Positions 41,815 through 55,802 of a stretch of 64,000 nt of DNA are shown piece by piece. Where the stretch lies: positions 46,004,001-46,068,000 of the forward strand of contig OX597832.1 of the NCBI GenBank assembly GCA_951406725.2, written 5' to 3'. Within the stretch, counting starts at the first letter, position 1; each line of letters begins with the position of its first letter. This stretch comes from Octopus vulgaris. Its lineage: Eukaryota. A program made the translations under genes and the position numbers. Below the pieces are notes generated by a model that saw only the letters and a list, made by a program, of their open reading frames with translations, made no database searches and was not told the DNA's origin.

Positions 41815-42065
41815 GAAGTCGCGTGGCTTAGTGGTTAGGGTGTCAGCATCATGATCGTAAGATTGTGGTTTCGATTCCTGGACCGGGCGACGCATTGTGT
41901 TCTTGAGCAAAACACTTCATTTCACGTTGCTTCAGTCCACTCAGCTGGCAAAAATGAGTAATAGTGCGATGGACTGGCGTTCCGTCTAGCTAGGGATCAC
42001 ATACGCCATAGAAACCAGGTACCGGTCCCATGAGCCTGGCTAGGCTTTAGAAGGGCGCATTTATT
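41815..42065 (+). mobile_element. tRNA-derived SINE related to family C
   Basis: 'gcgtggcttagtggttagggtg...gtggtttcgattcctggaccgggcg...catgagcctggctaggctt'. Confidence 0.8.
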
Positions 42066-42932
42066 TTTTTCAATGGAATCAAGCCTAAGAAAAATCCAAA
42101 TTCAAGCTACGTTGAACACGAGCCAAATGTTTAAAGCTGGTATTGATCCGTATTGCTGCCGAACTCACAAAGAATTGTTTCAAATTTATGATTTTTACGG
42201 TAAGTGTAGCCCCTTATATTGCGCTACCACACTGGTTAGTAGTTACACCTCATCGGAATTATATTTGATTACTACTTTTGTTGATTAACATGATGGTTTC
42301 GGTGAGATGTTGATCTTCTCCCGGTGACAATGAGCAAAATTATATGTAATATTGTGAAGCTCGAAAAACGTAATATATTAATTAAGACTTCAGAGTAACA
42401 GAAATTGTTCTATGTGAAATAATCCCTTCAGAGAATCATTACATCAAAGAATTTTTACTGTTTCAGTTACGAAAATCCGTTATCGACATATGTTCACGTG
42501 AGATTTCATGCCATTGCTATGCTCATATCAGTATTCTTCAATCATAAGTGCACATGCAACATCTGCACATTTTTTGGGTGGGGTGGGGTGGGATGGGGTG
42601 GGGTGTGAAAACAAAGACAAACACACACATACCCACTCGCACGTATTTATCTCGCTGTTTTGGGACTGACATTTTTCCATTTGCATCCCTTTATTTCTCT
42701 CACACATACTCTATGAACACACACACACACACACACTTATGCAAGTATATTCACGCAAACAGGGAAAATTGTATTTTCCCTGTTTGCGTGTATTTCTATT
42801 AACATTTAGCAGAAGCAACAGAGTAAATTAACCTGTTTACGTAAATATGTTGAGTGCCAATGTCCGAAACACACGAACGTTGAGTCATTCTCATTATTCT
42901 GCTGAGTACTAATATACATATATATATATATA

Positions 42933-43471
42933 TATAAGTACATTAAAAGGCTTCTAAAAGAAGAAGTGAGTACTAGATACACAAAAGTTGGATAAATTTA
43001 GTGAAATGAAAATTCGAAACGTTTACAAACTCGGTTCATCTTATACTGCAGTTTCGTCTTTTTCAGCATTAAATATAATTTATCTGCTCAGGTCAGATTC
43101 TTCAGTAAGCAACCTGTTATCCTAGAAGTACATATCAATAGAAGCATGTGCGACTCTACTGATTTGCATTCTCTAACTTTTCAGATCATTGCGCAGACGC
43201 AGAACATACCCGACAAACAGAGGGGGTTCTGGTATAGAGTCTAACGGTCAAAATTTATCGAGAAATATGTAAACATAGTAAAAAGGCGATAAAATAAATT
43301 ATTATTGCCGGTGATCTAGCACAAAAGACATTTTAGCCATAGGCTATATGTTATTCATATATAAGTACATTAAAAGGCTTCTAAAAGAAGAAGTGAGTAC
43401 TAGCCTATGGCTAAAATATCTTTTGTGCTAGATCACCGGCAATAATAATTTATTTTATCGCCTTTTTACTA

Positions 43472-43482
<11 letters not shown>
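42933..43482 (-). mobile_element. PLE pLTR-like cassette: 427-bp unit, 43-bp direct repeat, then an ~80-bp inversion
   Basis: 'ataagtacattaaaaggcttctaaaagaagaagtgagtactag' at 42934 and 43361; 43401-43482 is the reverse complement of 43265-43346; (TA)n on both sides; contains an HHR. Confidence 0.8.
43040..43109 (-). ncRNA. Type I hammerhead ribozyme (10.1-11.1 mismatch)
   Basis: Minus strand: CTTA CTGAAGA ATCT..AGAC GAAA CTGCAG TA TAAG; palindromic stem III ACTGCAGT; GUA site; first stem II pair is A.C. Confidence 0.75.
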
Positions 43483-43503
<21 letters not shown>

Positions 43504-43506
43504 TAC

Positions 43507-43900
43507 AGGAATGGCTGTGTGGTAAAGACTTGCTTACCAACCACATGGTTCCGGGTTCAGTCCCACTGCGTGGCATCTTGGGCAAGTGTCTCCTGCTATA
43601 GCCTCGGGCCGACCAAAGCCTTGTGAGTGGATTTGGTAGACGGAAACTAAAAGAAGACCGTCGTATATAGGTATATATATGTGTGCGTGTGTGTGTATGT
43701 TTGTGTGTCTTGTGTTTGTCCCTCTAGCATTGCTTGACAACCGATGCTGGTTTGTTTACGTCCTCTGTCACTTAGCGGTTCGGCAAAAGAGACCGATAGA
43801 ATAAGTACTAGGCTTACAAAGAGTAAGTCCCGGGGTCGATTTGCTCGACTAAATGCGGTGCTTCAGCATGGCCGCCGTTAAATGACTGAAACAAGTAAAA
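43507..43900 (+). mobile_element. SINE family B, near full length
   Basis: 'aggaatggctgtgtggtaa...ggttccgggttcagtcccactgcgtggc...aatgactgaaacaagtaaaa'. Confidence 0.88.
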
Positions 43901-43917
43901 GAAAAAAGAAAAAAGAA

Positions 43918-43956
<39 letters not shown>

Positions 43957-43994
43957 ATAAAGGAGCATCGCCATAGATATATGTGAATGTTGAA

Positions 43995-44152
43995 TTTGAC
44001 CTGTGGAGTCTGTGTATTATGAACTTTTGGATGTACTTGTGTGAGGGGAGTAAATACTTTTTTCAAGATGCATGTGACTTTGAGCTGTGGAAGTCTGTTT
44101 ACTTATGAACTTTGGACGTACTTGTGTGAGGAAAATACAAGACTTTTCTCAA
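43995..44152. repeat. Diverged tandem duplication (~84-bp period)
   Basis: 'tttga(c/g)ctgtgga..gtctgt..ttatgaacttt..gga(t/c)gtacttgtgtgagg' occurs twice. Confidence 0.8.
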
Positions 44153-44737
44153 ATATTAAAAAAATAATTTTTAAATAAATCTTTTAAAAAACATTTTAAA
44201 CGTCTGATAAATCTTTGTTAGTCAGTGGACATTTTATTTTATTTTATTTTATTTTCATCTTTATTTCATATTTGTCTATTAGGCTTTTTGGTAGATTAGA
44301 AATTTTTTGTCGTATATATTTAACTTTTTGATAGGCTATTCTATTTGTGTTTTATTCGATTTTATGTATATGTATAATTTTTTATATGTTTGGAAACCAT
44401 GGTGATTTTTATGTTATTATCTTCTTTATCTTCGTCTCATTTATATTTGAGCACTTCATTTGCAGTCCTATAAACCCTTTTGTTTCTATAAAAAAGACAA
44501 ATATTTCTTGTTGTATATATATATTTATATGAATGAATATATAAATATCTATATATGTGTGTGTATCTTTGAAAGTTTGCACATGCGTCTGTGTACCTGC
44601 CCTAACCACACACATACGCACACGCACTCAGCACACGCACTCAGCACACGCAGAGGAACACATTTAAACTATCTTAGGGATATAATTATTAAAATGTTAT
44701 AACATCTAAAGAAGACGGTGAGGGCAATATCCAGCTA

Positions 44738-44962
44738 TACGAGGTGCGTTGAAAAACCTATCCGATCCTTGGGCACTAAAGAAATACCAATACTTTTATT
44801 TGATCACCATTAATATATATTCCCTTTGAAAGTTCATACACTTCTCTTAGCGGTTCCGACGCTCCTGGTAATACATCTGGAACTCTATGAAGCTCTGCTT
44901 TTGCGTTTGTCATAATTTGGCGGGAAAACGTAAGCTCGAAAACTTATCGAACGCACCTCGTA
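44738..44962 (-). mobile_element. Internally deleted mariner element (MITE-like)
   Basis: Terminal inverted repeats TA|CGAGGTGCGTT ... AACGCACCTCG|TA; the minus strand reads ..ERRNR*EKCMNFQREYI, resembling the mariner C-terminal RW.KC...GEY motif. Confidence 0.75.
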
Positions 44963-46166
44963 GGTAAAGATTATGGCAGCATTCACCAACTTCACAAGGC
45001 GACACCCCGGAAGATTTGCAGGAGAATCCGACGTCGTCTGGAGACCGGAGTTGAAGCCAAAGGCGATTTTATTGAATAAATTTACTCTTTCGTGTTTCAA
45101 GGTATTTTAATGTCACTTTGTTGAATATATCTTTGAAAATGAGAATTCAATCTTACTTTCATTTTTGCGTAATTTAGACGACAATAAATTCACCGCACCT
45201 TCTTTGTAGACACACGCACGCACACACACACACACACTCACACACACACACACTCACACACACACAATATTGGTGGCTTGTTCGCAATTTTACGACCGAA
45301 AGGCAGAAATATATACCCCACTAATGTGACTCAAAGCACTTGTCAGCACCGGTATTGCTAGAAGAAAATGTTCATCACAAATCTTTAAGAGAATTTTAAT
45401 TTTTTCATTGTACAAGAAACATCAAATTTTGAGGCTATTTTTTTCTCTAGAAGTTCAGGTCTTTCGATTAATTAATTTTAATATATTGATATCCATATAT
45501 ACAACGCCAAAACATCTGAACACACACACACTTGAGGACATACAAAATATACATACGTGCGATGTGGTGTGTTAGTCTGAACTTATTTTGTATTCATAGT
45601 AAGAGAAATATATAATATAGTGTGTAGCTGTCATTGCTGCTGCTGTTACTAACAATAGTGAAACATCTTTAATATAGAATCTAAATCGAATATTAACAAA
45701 ATATAAATCCGGAGCATGTATTCAGGATAGGGAATTAAAATTATATTTAAGACTACTTGTGATACGAAAATTTTAATTCCCCACTGTCAAAGCTGAATGA
45801 AAAAAATGTCATCTAAACGTCCTATAATAGAATCCTGAATTAAAGTAATCTTAAAAGATATGTTTAGAAACTTTGGGAGATATAAAATATATTGTTTTTA
45901 TCATCAGAATTCGAAGCAGATAAAGCCAAAAATAATAGCATTTAGAGTTTTGCGTTAAAATAATCCGTTGATTGAAGTCAGTTGAAAGCGGACATGGCGT
46001 TTTCCTATCCAACGGTTATTTTAAAACGTTCATCTACAGGCTATTATTTTGAGCTTTATCTAAGAGTTTCACTCTAAAAACCATTTATTTCATATCTTTC
46101 AAAGGTTCTAAATGCATTAAAAAAACTCATGATGCAATCAATGTATAACTCTTGCCGATGAGATTA

Positions 46167-46218
<52 letters not shown>

Positions 46219-47799
46219 GAGTGTGTGTGTGTATGTGTGACTGAACTCCCTAATTTTTGGACTTGCATATCTGAACCACTTCCCGAACTTGGTAAGAGCC
46301 TTTACCTAGTTGAGTGGCATTCCTTTTCGATTAGACTGTAGAATTTACTAAAGTAGAAAATCTGGTATGATCTGTTGTTTAGTGCTATAACAGAGACTAC
46401 CAAACCTACCTGTGTTGAGGAACATACTTTGCTCTAACCTCAGGTAAAAGGTTTCTTAAGCAGAGCCTCTGATAGCCTCTACTCCTGGTACGTAAAATAG
46501 TCTTTAGTCTTCCCCCAAAAGTATTCCTTCGTTGAGATGAAGGAAATTAAAAGTGAAACTGAAGAAGGAGATTAAATTTGGTTAGGATGAATGCTTAAAT
46601 CTCACGTGTCTTGTGTACAAGACAAAAAACTCAGCGCTTTCATAAAACATTCACCAAAATCTTGTTATTTTCTTTACTGTTCATTGTACTGTATAATCCG
46701 GATTATATTCATAAGATTATGAATGTTTATATTTATATTCTGAATATAAATATCATGCTATGCTTGTATGATACGAATGAACTATGGTGCACTAGTCTTA
46801 TTCCAGATGATACTGACAATAAATTCACCAATAAGTAATTCTTTACTGTCTCTCCGAAGACATATAAATATGTTAGCAAATAAACATTTATAAACATATT
46901 TACTTCCTCCATCGAAATTTCTAAAAAAAGTTTCAAAAACAAAAAAAAACCAAACAAACAAACATACTAAAATATCAGCAACAAAATAACGAAAGGAAAT
47001 ACAAAACAAAAATAAATAAAATCGATTAAAACTGCGTTTTAAATCGAGAAATGTCTATATATTAAGGGGGGAAAACTTTAAACATCATGGCTTTCCTAAT
47101 ATTGCTACAAGTGTAATAAATCGAACGAGTCATTCTGTTTTTATTGAAAAATCCAATAAAAAAGAGCAAAAAAACCCCGCTTCAGTCGATGTTAAAATTT
47201 CAATAACGTTTCAATGCACTAAACAAGCGTAGCTTGTAACTTTATATTAACTCTCTTGAACAAAGGTCTTATAGCAATCACAAATTGAATATTAGTTATA
47301 GTTATCCTTTACCAGACTTTCGATGGAATCAAAAACGAATATTATAAAGTTTAGCATATCAACGATGTTTACATTATATCGATATGCTGTTAAGCGTAAA
47401 AGATAATCACATGTATATTATCTAATATTGGTTCCATATGAAATATATATGTGTGTGTGTGGGTGTATGTTGGAAAATTGTACGTAGTTTCGTTGACGTA
47501 GATGTTTACAAACAGGAGAGATATCAATTCGGATTTTACACAACAAAAGGAGACATTTATGGGTAATGGAGCCGAACCAAAGCACTCACGCTTCTTTCAG
47601 TTGTTGCATTATTCGGATATAAGTATGGAAGCCATACTTTCCATTACGATGAGTCGTAGGCGATTTGGCTAAGATCATTTTCCTTGAAGAGAGTGGAATC
47701 TAACTTATTAAGCCACGTAATTTACGTGAGAGTATGTCTGAAAGAAACACGAGATAATGCGGTCATTTGGTCAGTAGAGAAGTTAAACGAGAATTACCA

Positions 47800-48190
47800 A
47801 TTCTTTTTGGTCTTCATTTTGTAGTTGTTTCTTAGGGTCTATGCAAGCATTCTCTGACTGAGCTCTTCTAAACAACCAATGTTTTAATAGAAGCATATTC
47901 GTAGAATCATTTAATATGTTAATATATGTGTAGATGTAGAGAATCAAAGCTGATACCAACTGGCTTGAGTATAAGGACACCAGTGGACTCATAAAAAGCT
48001 AGAATAGTAACGGAAAGGGTAGGACATGCCCTCGTCCGTGACAGGATCCACTGCAACCGTTGAAAAAAGCATCAACTAACTAACGAAATCAAAGAGAGGT
48101 TATCTTCATTACTTAGGAAAATAACAATAGATGATGATAGAAAGAGAATCCAACAAGATCTAGAGAAGTCGTACATGAAATACAATTGAC
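47800..48190 (+). pseudogene. Highly decayed LINE reverse-transcriptase remnant (CR1-like)
   Basis: LRKITIDDDRKRIQQDLEK (from 48113) resembles the post-YADD 'LQ.DLD.L' segment; upstream CFLGSMQAF weakly resembles 'FLDF.KAFD'. Motif recall only. Confidence 0.3.
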
Positions 48191-48422
48191 TTGTATGAAC
48201 ACAAGAAATAACTTTTTCCAAAGGCTGAAACAGCTGTAAGTGATTTTATTAATTTCGATAATCTATATTAAGGGTTTTTAAATTGTATTCTTATCTTATG
48301 TGTATTGAATTCTAATGTATATATGTATGTTAATATGGTTCTCGTTTTGTTAAATACATAAATCAACATTCTAATATCCTAAAGCAGAAAACCAACTAAA
48401 TTGTTCTCCATTTTCTTATTTG

Positions 48423-48470
<48 letters not shown>

Positions 48471-48475
48471 TTTAT

Positions 48476-48534
<59 letters not shown>

Positions 48535-48678
48535 CTTATTATATATTGATCTCATTCATTTTTATACTTTTTGAGATCTAGTTATATGTTTTATAAATAT
48601 ATATTTGTTTTTTATGTGTTGGCTTATGTCTATCACTGTTTGCGTTGCATAATAGTGGTTTTATCTCTAATTTATACG

Positions 48679-48711
<33 letters not shown>

Positions 48712-48808
48712 GTTAATCCAAACAACAAAGCACAAAAAATACAACAACGCGAGGACGTGGAACAAATATAGTATTATTGGACGCTCAGGAAAGAAGGAAA
48801 GAAGGAGG

Positions 48809-48843
48809 GTTTAACGTTTTGAGCGGAGCTCTTCGTTGGAAAC
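48809..48843 (-). ncRNA. Degenerate minimal hammerhead
   Basis: Minus strand: GTTT CCAACGA A GAGC TCC GCTC AAAA CG TT AAAC; all three stems intact, core mutated. Confidence 0.4.
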
Positions 48844-48905
48844 ATGGGAGAAGCTATACATTAGAAAGATCCAGAGAAATATCGGTAAGTTGTACCAGAT
48901 ATTTA

Positions 48906-48940
<35 letters not shown>

Positions 48941-49932
48941 TATAATATATATGTGTGTGTAAGCGTGTGTGTGTGTGTGTATACACATTGTATGTACATG
49001 TGAGGCGAAAGAAACGGGTGAACGAGAATGATTTACAAGGATAAGTATAGGTAGAGAGCAAGATATAACTTTTACTTCAAAGATTCAACAATGGAGGAGG
49101 AGGACGACGCTTATGATGACGATGAGGATGACAGCAATGACCATTATTATGATCACATGAATCGCTAAAACAATTCTGTCGTCGGTAGCTTTTATTGTTT
49201 CTCACAATACAGCTTAATTCAGGTAAGAAAAACACAAAACACAGAAAAATCCAACCAAATCGAAAAATACTGAAATAGCAAAAAATAATTATATGAAAAC
49301 GAAAGAAAAAAGAAAAAACGAAAAACGAAAAAGAAACCAGTGTGTCTAATCATAAGGACAAGATTAGTATTTACCCTCAACATAGATAGATGTTTACCAA
49401 GTATTTGATACATCATACCGTTGATTGGACTATATTATGAAGCCAAGCCACCAAATTACTAATCTATACGGACAATGCACACTGTCAGCTATCTTTATAA
49501 GAATGGCTCTATTCTTTTAAGTATTGGTAAGCGCAATTTTTTGTGACGACCATTTTCTTTTTTCTCTCGCATCTTCTATTGTTTGAACTAGTTATATTCT
49601 ATTCACTCCCATGCATTGCATTGGATCCTGCGTAGAGAGTATTGTGTCATATTTTGCATTGTTATTTCTTTTTACTTTCCGCCATTTTTTTCTATATAAT
49701 GTTCTTAGCTATTTCTTTTTTGCCTTTTAATTTTGTTTGTTTGTTGTATTTTTTACGGTTGTGTGTAAAGGCAATTGCTCACGTGGTTAGTTTTGTTGTA
49801 AAAGAAGAATGAAACGGCTGACGAAGGAGTGACGAAAATATGTGTATATGTGACAAATGTCAGGCAATGATTTAATTTTTTTTTCATGTTAATGAAAATG
49901 ATGATCATCGCAGAGTTGGAAATAAAGATGGC

Positions 49933-49935
49933 TAC

Positions 49936-49967
<32 letters not shown>

Positions 49968-50033
49968 CGATGATGATGATGATGATGATGATGGTGATGG
50001 TGGTGATGATGATGGTGGTGGTGGTGATGGTGG

Positions 50034-50088
<55 letters not shown>

Positions 50089-50310
50089 GGTGGTGGTGGT
50101 GATGATGATGATGATGGTGGTGGTGGTGATGATGATGACGTTGGTGGTGATGATGACGTTGATGATGATGGTGATGATGATAATGATGTTGATGATGGTG
50201 ATGACAATGATGAGGATGATGATGATGATGATGATGATGCTCTTGACGATGATGCTCTTGACGATGATGACAATGATGAGGATGATGATGATGAGGAAGA
50301 GGAGGAGGAT
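49933..50310. repeat. (GAT)n/(GGT)n trinucleotide microsatellite
   Basis: Directly visible. Confidence 0.95.
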
Positions 50311-50499
50311 GATAGCGACAACTCCGCAAATACAATACAATAAATAATAAGACTTTCATAGCAAAAATCTGTATATGATAGATGTGAATGAATATTATAT
50401 GTGCGTAGGCATGAATCATCGGTTTTATAGGAATCTGGTGAATTTCAAGAATATACAATAAACGATGGGTTGTGTGCTATTTTATTCGTTCCATATTTT

Positions 50500-51500
50500 G
50501 CACACATTCATTATCAATATCCCATTGAAGTAACCTTTGTTTTCTTTCATTTTGATCCATTTGCTCACGTATGGTGAGGAGAGGATAATATTTCTTAGGA
50601 ACCCTACTAAATTTAGCATAGATCTAAGCTAGCTCTTAAATAGAATTTGGTCTATGATGTTTTACCTGCTTTATATTTCCTTTAAGCTTTGCTTACATCC
50701 CGTTGTGATTTATATTAATCTAGATTATTATACGTCAAATATTCTTCCTGCCATTCATGCGTTCTCCATTCAACGTTTTCACTACATTAAGAAACACCAC
50801 AATTTATGTCTTTGACTATCTCTGTTTTTCTAGAACCAACAAAACGTTATTCTACAACTAAACCCCAGCATAGTATAATTTTAGTACATTCATTCATCAA
50901 TATTTATATAAAATATGCTACTCTAATTTTCCACCCTGAATAATAACAATCTACCGACATCTTTCATAGTAATATGTTATCCCTTCAAAACAGTTTCTCT
51001 TTTATTTAGGATATATTCTCTGCCTTTTTTTTATTCCTTTTGTTTCCTTGACAGCGGTGCATATATAATTTCTGTTCTGAAGGGAACCAAGCTAATATTT
51101 GCAATTCTTATTGAAGCTTTATTGAGATTTAACTCGTTCCTAATCGCTTATAAAGGACATATTGCAAATGCTGCTAAAGATTTAGAATTGTTCCTCCTTT
51201 GTAACAGCATTTTCTGCCCACTTTGTAACACAAAAGGTTGATCTTATTTAGAGCAAACTGATACTGAGCCGCTCAGTTTGCCGAGGCGCTCTTTATTGAT
51301 CCAAGTTCTTTTACGCGAAAATGATTTTCTCAGTAACATTTCCTTCACCACCATCTTATCGAATCCATCCACTAATAGGCAACTTTGATCAGTAACATAT
51401 TCGCCATCAGATGAACCATCAGCTACGTGTTTGAAGTAATCTTCGGAAGATTGAAATCACCTATATTATTCGTTTTCTCCAGGAACCGTTCCAATATTCC
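50500..51500 (-). pseudogene. Decayed LINE ORF2 remnant (AP-endonuclease region)
   Basis: Minus strand 51464-51438 reads IGDFNLPKI (GDFN motif of LINE AP endonucleases); KRTWINKE downstream resembles the 'PW' linker; many stops, extent uncertain. Confidence 0.45.
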
Positions 51501-52269
51501 TAACAGTTCATCCATCATTTATGACATATAAATGTGCATATTTATGAAGTCGTTCCCACAGCTCATCCAATCATCATGTTATATTACATACGGCTTGCAA
51601 TAAATTGCGTTTATCGAAGTAGCACGACACCACATAATCTTTATATTTGTGATATATTGGTCTATACTATCACACACTGTCTGTTATCTAGCGATGTAGA
51701 TATCAGACAGCTGGGATTTGAAGACATTCCAAATATGTAAATTCAGAACTCAATTTTGCAGAGCAAAATTCACAGGATTTCACGGACAGCTTCAAGTTTC
51801 CATCTTGCTTTAATATGAAATAGTGAAACTACATTTAATTTTATATAACTCGCACTCCGTCCGTTACGACGGCGAGTGTTGCAGTTGAATCGAGCAACGG
51901 TCAGCCTGCTCAAGAAATTAACGTGCAAGTGGCTGAGCACTCCACAGATACACGTAGGGAGATTCAGTTTGACACAGAATGTGGCAAGGCCAGCTCGTTG
52001 AAATACAGCTCATCTAATCGACGTGTTATATCACAATATAAGACATATTTCAATGAACACGTATGTTAGCGAATCTCCAGAATAGTATGATGGCACACAC
52101 AATTGACCCAAATGGAGATACTCAGAAAGATAGCTGGGATAACGTTACTCACAGTTCCGGTACTACGAACATGTGATTAGACTGTTGCAGTATAGAAATG
52201 CAGGACACATTCTTCAAGGAATTGAAAAGGAGCATACGTTACAGTAATGGCGGTAGAAGACTTGTAGTT

Positions 52270-52590
52270 AAGAGACAGTAAAAAAGGGGTAAAGATCCCT
52301 TTCGGTCCTGAATGACACTTAGATTGCACCTAGAAAGTTCTCCTCCTAAACACAAGTCTGGGCAAGATGATTTATGGAAGATCAGCAGTCGCCCATGCAT
52401 ATCAGCCTCCCTTCTCCATGCCACCGATGTTATCCAAGGGAAGCGCAATGGCCGATACAGCTTGGCACCAGAGACGTCGCAACTAAATTCTACATGGAGT
52501 AACATGAAATAAAATATCTTGTTCAAGAACACAACTCACAACCGGGTCCTGTAATCAAATTCACTGCCTCATGATTAACCAGTGAGCCAA
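52270..52590 (-). mobile_element. Probable SINE of a further family with decayed tRNA-like head
   Basis: Minus-strand 5' part 'ggctcactggttaatcatgaggcagtgaatttgattacaggacccgg...gtgttcttgaacaagat' parallels the family C head and body (41820-41920); higher GC than surroundings. Confidence 0.5.
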
Positions 52591-53588
52591 GACTGAAGTG
52601 GATAAGTCAGTAAGGAGACAATATGCCAATGATTGGAATATAGTAAGAAAAAAGAAAAGAACGGCACATACATATGTCTCAATCATTAATTTCAATTTAA
52701 AGGAATTGAATATTGTATCTATTTCAGGATTTTCTCGAAAAGCATCAGTATTTATGACGTATATTTGCCATTTAAATATGGCTAACCCCTAAGGGTGGAT
52801 GCTACTGTAGTTTGTAGCCCCAGGAGGACACCTCCTCCAGCTGGCTATAGACACACTTTCTGTGCCCTATCAGTATTTATCATCAGTATTTAAGTTTTAT
52901 AAAATTTTGAGAGGAGGGATTTTTACCACTGTATAAAATAAATCGGATGAAGATTATCCCTTCTTTAACACGCTATCTATTGCATTAAAAAATGACTTCA
53001 ACATGAGAGTAAAAACAGGAAATTAGATTTGATATTCGTAAGAACATATGCGGCGAGATGTTTATTCAAATTTCGAACGAAAACCATGACGCATGAACAT
53101 CCGTATTATAATGTTCTGATACGTAAATTATATATATACAGACGTATGTAATTAATATATGAAACAAATAATATACGTTTAAAAATCAATAATGGTAAAA
53201 GTCAATGTCATTTATTCTGATGGAGAAATAAGATACTGTTATTTTTGAAATATATGCATTAGGCAACGAAACTCCATTCACGTTAATGATTATCTTGTGT
53301 TTATTTCTGTCAAAGGGGTCAGTTTTCAAAGCTTAATGTAAACTATATTTATTTGAACACAAAGAGCTGATCAGAAACTGTATTTAATTTTCTGTTTCTC
53401 AGCAAAACAATCGGTGATCGAAATTTCCATTATAGAAATCTATGGTTTCTTTGTGGGTGGTTTTGCCGTACTTGTTCGGATATGAATGCAGCGCTGAATT
53501 AGTAACAAGAGCAAATGGCAACACTATTGCAGTCCATACACAACTTCATAAACACATACATAGGTAATATACATACATAAATACATAC

Positions 53589-53669
<81 letters not shown>

Positions 53670-53721
53670 TATATACATACATGTATATATATATATGTAT
53701 ATATATACATATATATATATG

Positions 53722-53759
<38 letters not shown>

Positions 53760-55563
53760 CATTTATATATATACATACATATATATATATATATATACAT
53801 ATATATACATATACACATATATATGTACACACACAAATATATACATATGTATGTATGTGTGCTTGTGAGCGAGTGTAATTGTGTGAATGTGAATGTGTGT
53901 ATATGTGAGTGTATGCATGTATGCATGTATGCATGTATGCATTTATTCATGTATGTGTATCCTTGTAACATTTCCAACTTGCTGCATACGGAATGTCTGC
54001 GGATATTAGGTCTACAAGTAGATGTTGTTTGTTCCGTTGCTACATTCACTCGTTCAAAGAACCAGACCAAATGAATTAGCAAAGTGGATAAGCTAGAGTG
54101 GATATTTCGCATTCAGATTGAGAACGAAACCGGATTTCCATTGAATTTTCTCGGAATAAGAGGGCATGTACGGATAGCGAAAACTATGATCATTTTAATG
54201 TTTCTCATTGTGGTGATAACGATATCATGTGTAGTTAATACTTTGTTCAAACACAGTTCCAACTGATAAAGCAGACTTATTTAAACTCATTAAATAACGT
54301 ATTCTGATTTAGACCCAGCGTAGCAGGGATCAAGTAGTTCAACTAAGGAAATATATTTTATGCCGAAAAAATGGCTCATTATTCAATCTGTACTTTTGTC
54401 TTTGACATGATGGGTATACAGATTCATAGAAACGAGTCTACTATTTCTAGCAGGTCCAGCAATTATGTAGAGGCTTACGCATTAATTCGATAGATTTAAA
54501 ATGCCTTACATATCGACTCATCTTATTGTTGATAGAATAAAAAAATTCAACACATTGAGCAATCGTTCCAAGCATTTACAAGTTATGCTATATTGATTAA
54601 CTTTTGTATAGATATAACTATTCTGAGTTAAAAGCTCCTTTTTTTTTGCTTATATTGATTTTAGTTGGTTGTGTATACAATATGTAGCGTTCATCCACTA
54701 TTGATAACTATAATATACAATGTTTCAGAACTGCTTTGCAAATAGCTTTTCTTGTTGCATTCAGTTTGTTCAAAATTTTACGCAGTTCGTAAAACTCTTT
54801 GTGACTCTGTTGCTGATTGTTGATTTATATCATCAACTCCTAATGTTCATAACAACACGGACTCATATTACAGTACCTAAAGTGAACTGTACGTTCCAAA
54901 ATATCTGCTTTTCTTAATAAGACAGTTTATTAGGAATGTGAAATCTCAAACTCGAAGCAAGACTTTTTGATTTGGAAAACTTGCAATTACCAATGCATAG
55001 TAGTCGACCATGTACACGCCACCAATGATATCCAGCAGATGCAACTTGGCGCAAATGCCAGTACAGGCTTTACCACCAGAACGCGAAGGACAGGAAAGGA
55101 TACCACATGGTATATCGTCAAACGATTTAACAGTTTCACCAATCCACCAACTCCGTTTAGTAGTGTTTAGAATGCTGAAAGTACGACATGATAACTTCGG
55201 CATAACTTGAACACAGGCTGAAAAATGTCAGAACAGATACCTCTTGGTATTTCATCATAAATTCTGCCATTCCCTTCTTTGGATTGAAAAACATTTTTGC
55301 AGAGAAATATGTAACCAAAAAAGTGACTGTTTAATGCCAAGCTTTATTTATTCATTATTTTAACATTAGATCGAGTGAGAAAGCCTTTTCTGGGATTAAG
55401 CTGCCGGATAGTCTTCACAGGTTTTGTATTCACTTTAACAATCATGCATTATATCATTGTATTAATACACTATATTTGGGCTCTTGGTCATTGGGACGAA
55501 GAATTTTACGACATTCCACAATTTCTTCTTAATTGTTCCTCAGTATTTTAAAATGATATATAA

Positions 55564-55632
<69 letters not shown>

Positions 55633-55639
55633 CATATAT

Positions 55640-55802
55640 ACGACGGGCTTCTTTCAGTTTTGTCTACAAATCGACTCACAAGGCTTTGGTAGACCCGAAG
55701 CTATAGTAGAAGACACTTGCCCAAGGTGCCACGCAGTAGGACTGAATCCGGAACCATGTGGTTGGTAAGCATGCTATTTACCACACAGCTACTCCTACGC
55801 CC
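55640..55802 (-). mobile_element. SINE family B, 5' half ending in (TA)n
   Basis: Homologous to 56700-56863. Confidence 0.85.

Noticed and set aside
48220-48245. 'GAAA CAGCTG TA AGTG' hammerhead 3' half
   Set aside because: No core or stem I partner upstream; at most a truncated relic.
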